Shown one piece after another: positions 61,498 through 64,000 of a stretch of 64,000 nucleotides of DNA. The stretch comes from Octopus bimaculoides. Lineage: Eukaryota. The notes below the pieces were generated by a model. That model searched no databases. It was not told the DNA's origin and saw nothing but the letters and a program-made list of their open reading frames with translations. Every line of letters starts with the position of its first letter. Position 1 is the stretch's first letter. The stretch covers positions 120,389,933 to 120,453,932 of the forward strand of contig NC_068984.1 of assembly GCF_001194135.2 (NCBI RefSeq), read 5' to 3'. Position numbers and translations under genes: made by a program.

Positions 61498-62389
61498 TAG
61501 GCTGTCATAGGTTCCATCATGCTTTGAAGATCATTCTGCAAGGTATATTATCTTATTCATCTTGTGTCAATTTCATTATAAATTAAATGATGACTCTTGT
61601 ATCACAAATGGATTTGTTTTATTCTGGTGTAATTATGCTTGTTTCAGTTTATGCAAATATCTAATTTTCTTTGTTAGATATTAATCATTAGTCACAAAAA
61701 TAAACAGGGAGTAAAAAAAAAAAAGAAAAAAAGAAAGGAAAAAGACCTCTGTTGTTAGGTAAACATATAGCTAGAAGCAGAAATTGAATTTGTTGATCCT
61801 TTGTTTAATACTAAAATGTCAACTCACCTAGATTTTATACATTTTAAAAAGAAGTTTCCTTCAGTAAGATATATTTAGTGGAATGGTGGAGAAATAACAA
61901 AAGATTCTATTCAAACACTGTATAAGAAATTGGGTTTTTAATCAAATATAGTTACTTTTAAATCATTAGTCCAATCTTAAAGATGTTTGGCATTGTTGAG
62001 GTTTATAGAAAGTTAGTGGCAACACATTTCATTTCCAGTTTAGCTTGTTTTTTACTTAGTCTTTCACAATGTAATTTTCAGCTATAAACAGCAGCCTTTG
62101 GGTGAGCTCAAGTTTTGTAAAGCTTGTTTCCTTCAGTATAATACATGAATATGAATCTTTTGTAAAAGTCAAGTGTAGGAGTGAGAGAACCTAACAAATG
62201 ATTAATTTCAGTGTCCATGTTAGTCTTTTGTCCTCAAGGAGTTTTAGTCAATTATAGCTACTCTGTTATTTGTTTCATTTGAAGCTTATTTTATTGATCT
62301 CTGTTTGTCAAATTCCTGGGTAAAAATCATAAAATTAAGAAAAAAGTATATAAGAATTATAAAAATAATACTCATAAAAATCTCTGAAT

Positions 62390-62730
62390 GCAGAAACTCA
62401 CTTTGCAACCATGTGGTTTGGGGTTCAGTCCCACTGTGTGGCACCTTGAACAAATGTCTTCTACTATAGCCTCAGGCTGACCAAAGCCTTGTGAGTTGAA
62501 TTGGTAGATGAAAACTCTGTGTAAGTCGATTGCATGTGTGTGTGTCTGAGTTAGTCCCTTCACATCACTTGGTAACCAATGTTGGTTTATTTACACCCCC
62601 ATAACTTTGCAGTTCAGCAGAAGAGACTGATAGAATAAGTAACAAACTAAAAAAAAAAAAAAGTACTGGAGCTAATCTGCTTGACTATGACTGCAGTCCA
62701 GTGACTGAGACAAGTAAAAGGATGAAAGAC
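62390..62730 (+). mobile_element. SINE-A, full length
   Basis: GGGGTTCAGTCCCACTGTGTGGCACCTTGAACAAATGTCTTCTACTATAGCC..GATAGAATAAGT..GTGACTGAGACAAGTAAAAG. Confidence 0.8.
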
Positions 62731-63377
62731 AGTCATTAAGAATAAAACTATAAAACAAAAAATGAAGAAATTAAAAGAAACAAAAACAGAAAATATTCAT
62801 TGTAAAGTAAAGGTTTTCAAAAACTTAAATAAAAACTGTATGAAAATATATAAATGATCTGAAGAATAATAATATTTATTTATATATCTTCATGAAATTA
62901 GTGATTAGGCAAAGGTTGATGAGAGAGTCTAAAATAAAAGTAATAGACTTCAATGACACAAGATAATTGTTGATTGGACTAAACTTGGGCCAGTATTATT
63001 ATTTTAAGGAAATTGTTTCCAGACTCGAGCTGCATTGTTATATTTTATTTATTTGTTGGTTGTTGTAGTCTGGAGAATGTTTGCAATGGCAGACATATTA
63101 AGTGCAGACGTTCAAGATTCAAGTTATAAACTCTGATGTCATTTGAAAATGTAAAATACAGAAAACTTTAGATAATTCCTTTATTTATTTATTTATTTAT
63201 TTATTTAGTTACTATTCTAACTGTAAGGATGTTCATATAGTTGTTTAACCCCAGAGTAAAGAGTATGTCTTAAGCCCACCCCCCAATTTTTTCTCATGTT
63301 TGTATGTATGTGTATACATGTATGTATATATANNNNNNNNNNNNNNNNNNNNNNNNNNNNNNNNNNNNNNNNTATAT

Positions 63378-63769
63378 ATATCTTTTATCTTTACTTGTTT
63401 CAGTCATTGATCTGTGGCCATACTGAAAGCTAATTGATTCCATTACTTACTTTTAAAGCCTGCTACATATTCTAACATTCTCTCTGGGCAAACCACTAAG
63501 TTATGGAGGATGTAAACAAACCAGTACTGGTTGTCAAGGGAACAAACACATACACAAACATGCATGCACATAGATGTATATATGTATGTATGTATGTATG
63601 TATCTATATTTATACTTTCATTTGTTTCAGTCATTTGACTGTGGCCATGCTGGAGCACTGCTTTTAGTCGAAATAGTAGAAAGCACTTGCCCAAGGTGCC
63701 ACACAATGGGACTGAACCTAGGACCATGTGGTTGGTAAGCAAGCTACTTACCACACAGACATGCCTGCA

Positions 63770-63770
<1 letters not shown>
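63378..63770 (-). mobile_element. Two SINE-A pieces: a tail (63378-63550) and an internally deleted head-to-tail-end copy (63615-63770)
   Basis: In the second piece GCACTGCTTTTAGTCGAA (tail end) joins directly to ATAGTAGAAAGCACTTGCCCAAGGTGCCAC (CORE-like block). Confidence 0.75.
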
Positions 63771-63806
<36 letters not shown>

Positions 63807-63884
63807 CAAAGAATATATATACATGTACACACACACACATGTACACACCCACATCCACATGTGCACACACATGCACACCAGGGC

Positions 63885-64000
63885 ACAGGACGTCAGAACA
63901 ACAAACCACAGACAACGGAACGAACACATAGGAAAACGGAAAGCCACCCAGAACATCCCCTCCACTCTATCTAGACGTTTCGAAGACGAGACAATATATA
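63885..64000 (-). mobile_element. Possible Penelope-like terminal repeat fragment, cut by the window edge
   Basis: GC-richer block; reverse complement contains CTTCGAAACGTC, typical of Penelope-like pseudo-LTR ends. Confidence 0.3.

Overview
AT-rich, repeat-saturated eukaryotic genomic DNA from a gapped short-read scaffold (10 N-runs, most next to microsatellites). The repeat families look like coleoid cephalopod, most likely Octopus; this is inferred from my recollection of octopus repeats, not from a search. No host protein-coding gene, tRNA/rRNA gene or CRISPR array can be supported; the window reads as intronic or intergenic. Contents: (i) more than 20 copies of a tRNA-headed, CORE-like SINE with an internal microsatellite ('SINE-A'), about 10 copies of a (TTA)n-tailed SINE ('SINE-B') and 4 copies of modular tRNA-headed SINEs ('SINE-C/D'); (ii) at least 6 RTE-clade LINE fragments with a (GAT)n tail and a 66-bp tandem array in the 3' UTR; (iii) a decayed R4/Dong-type RLE retrotransposon inside a (TAA)n tract; (iv) three piggyBac-type (TTAA) MITE families, hAT/Charlie MITEs, a mariner deletion derivative and a ~300-bp foldback element; (v) old LINE remnants and many microsatellites. 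SINE-A/B/C/D and P1/P2/P3 are my working labels. I found no convincing novel multi-gene system. The best leads are RNA-structure and element-ecology observations: the 66-bp UTR array, a pre-miRNA-sized foldback at an RTE 5' junction, head/core/tail swapping among SINEs, and a (TAA)n-centred pile-up suggesting a Dong-dependent non-autonomous element.
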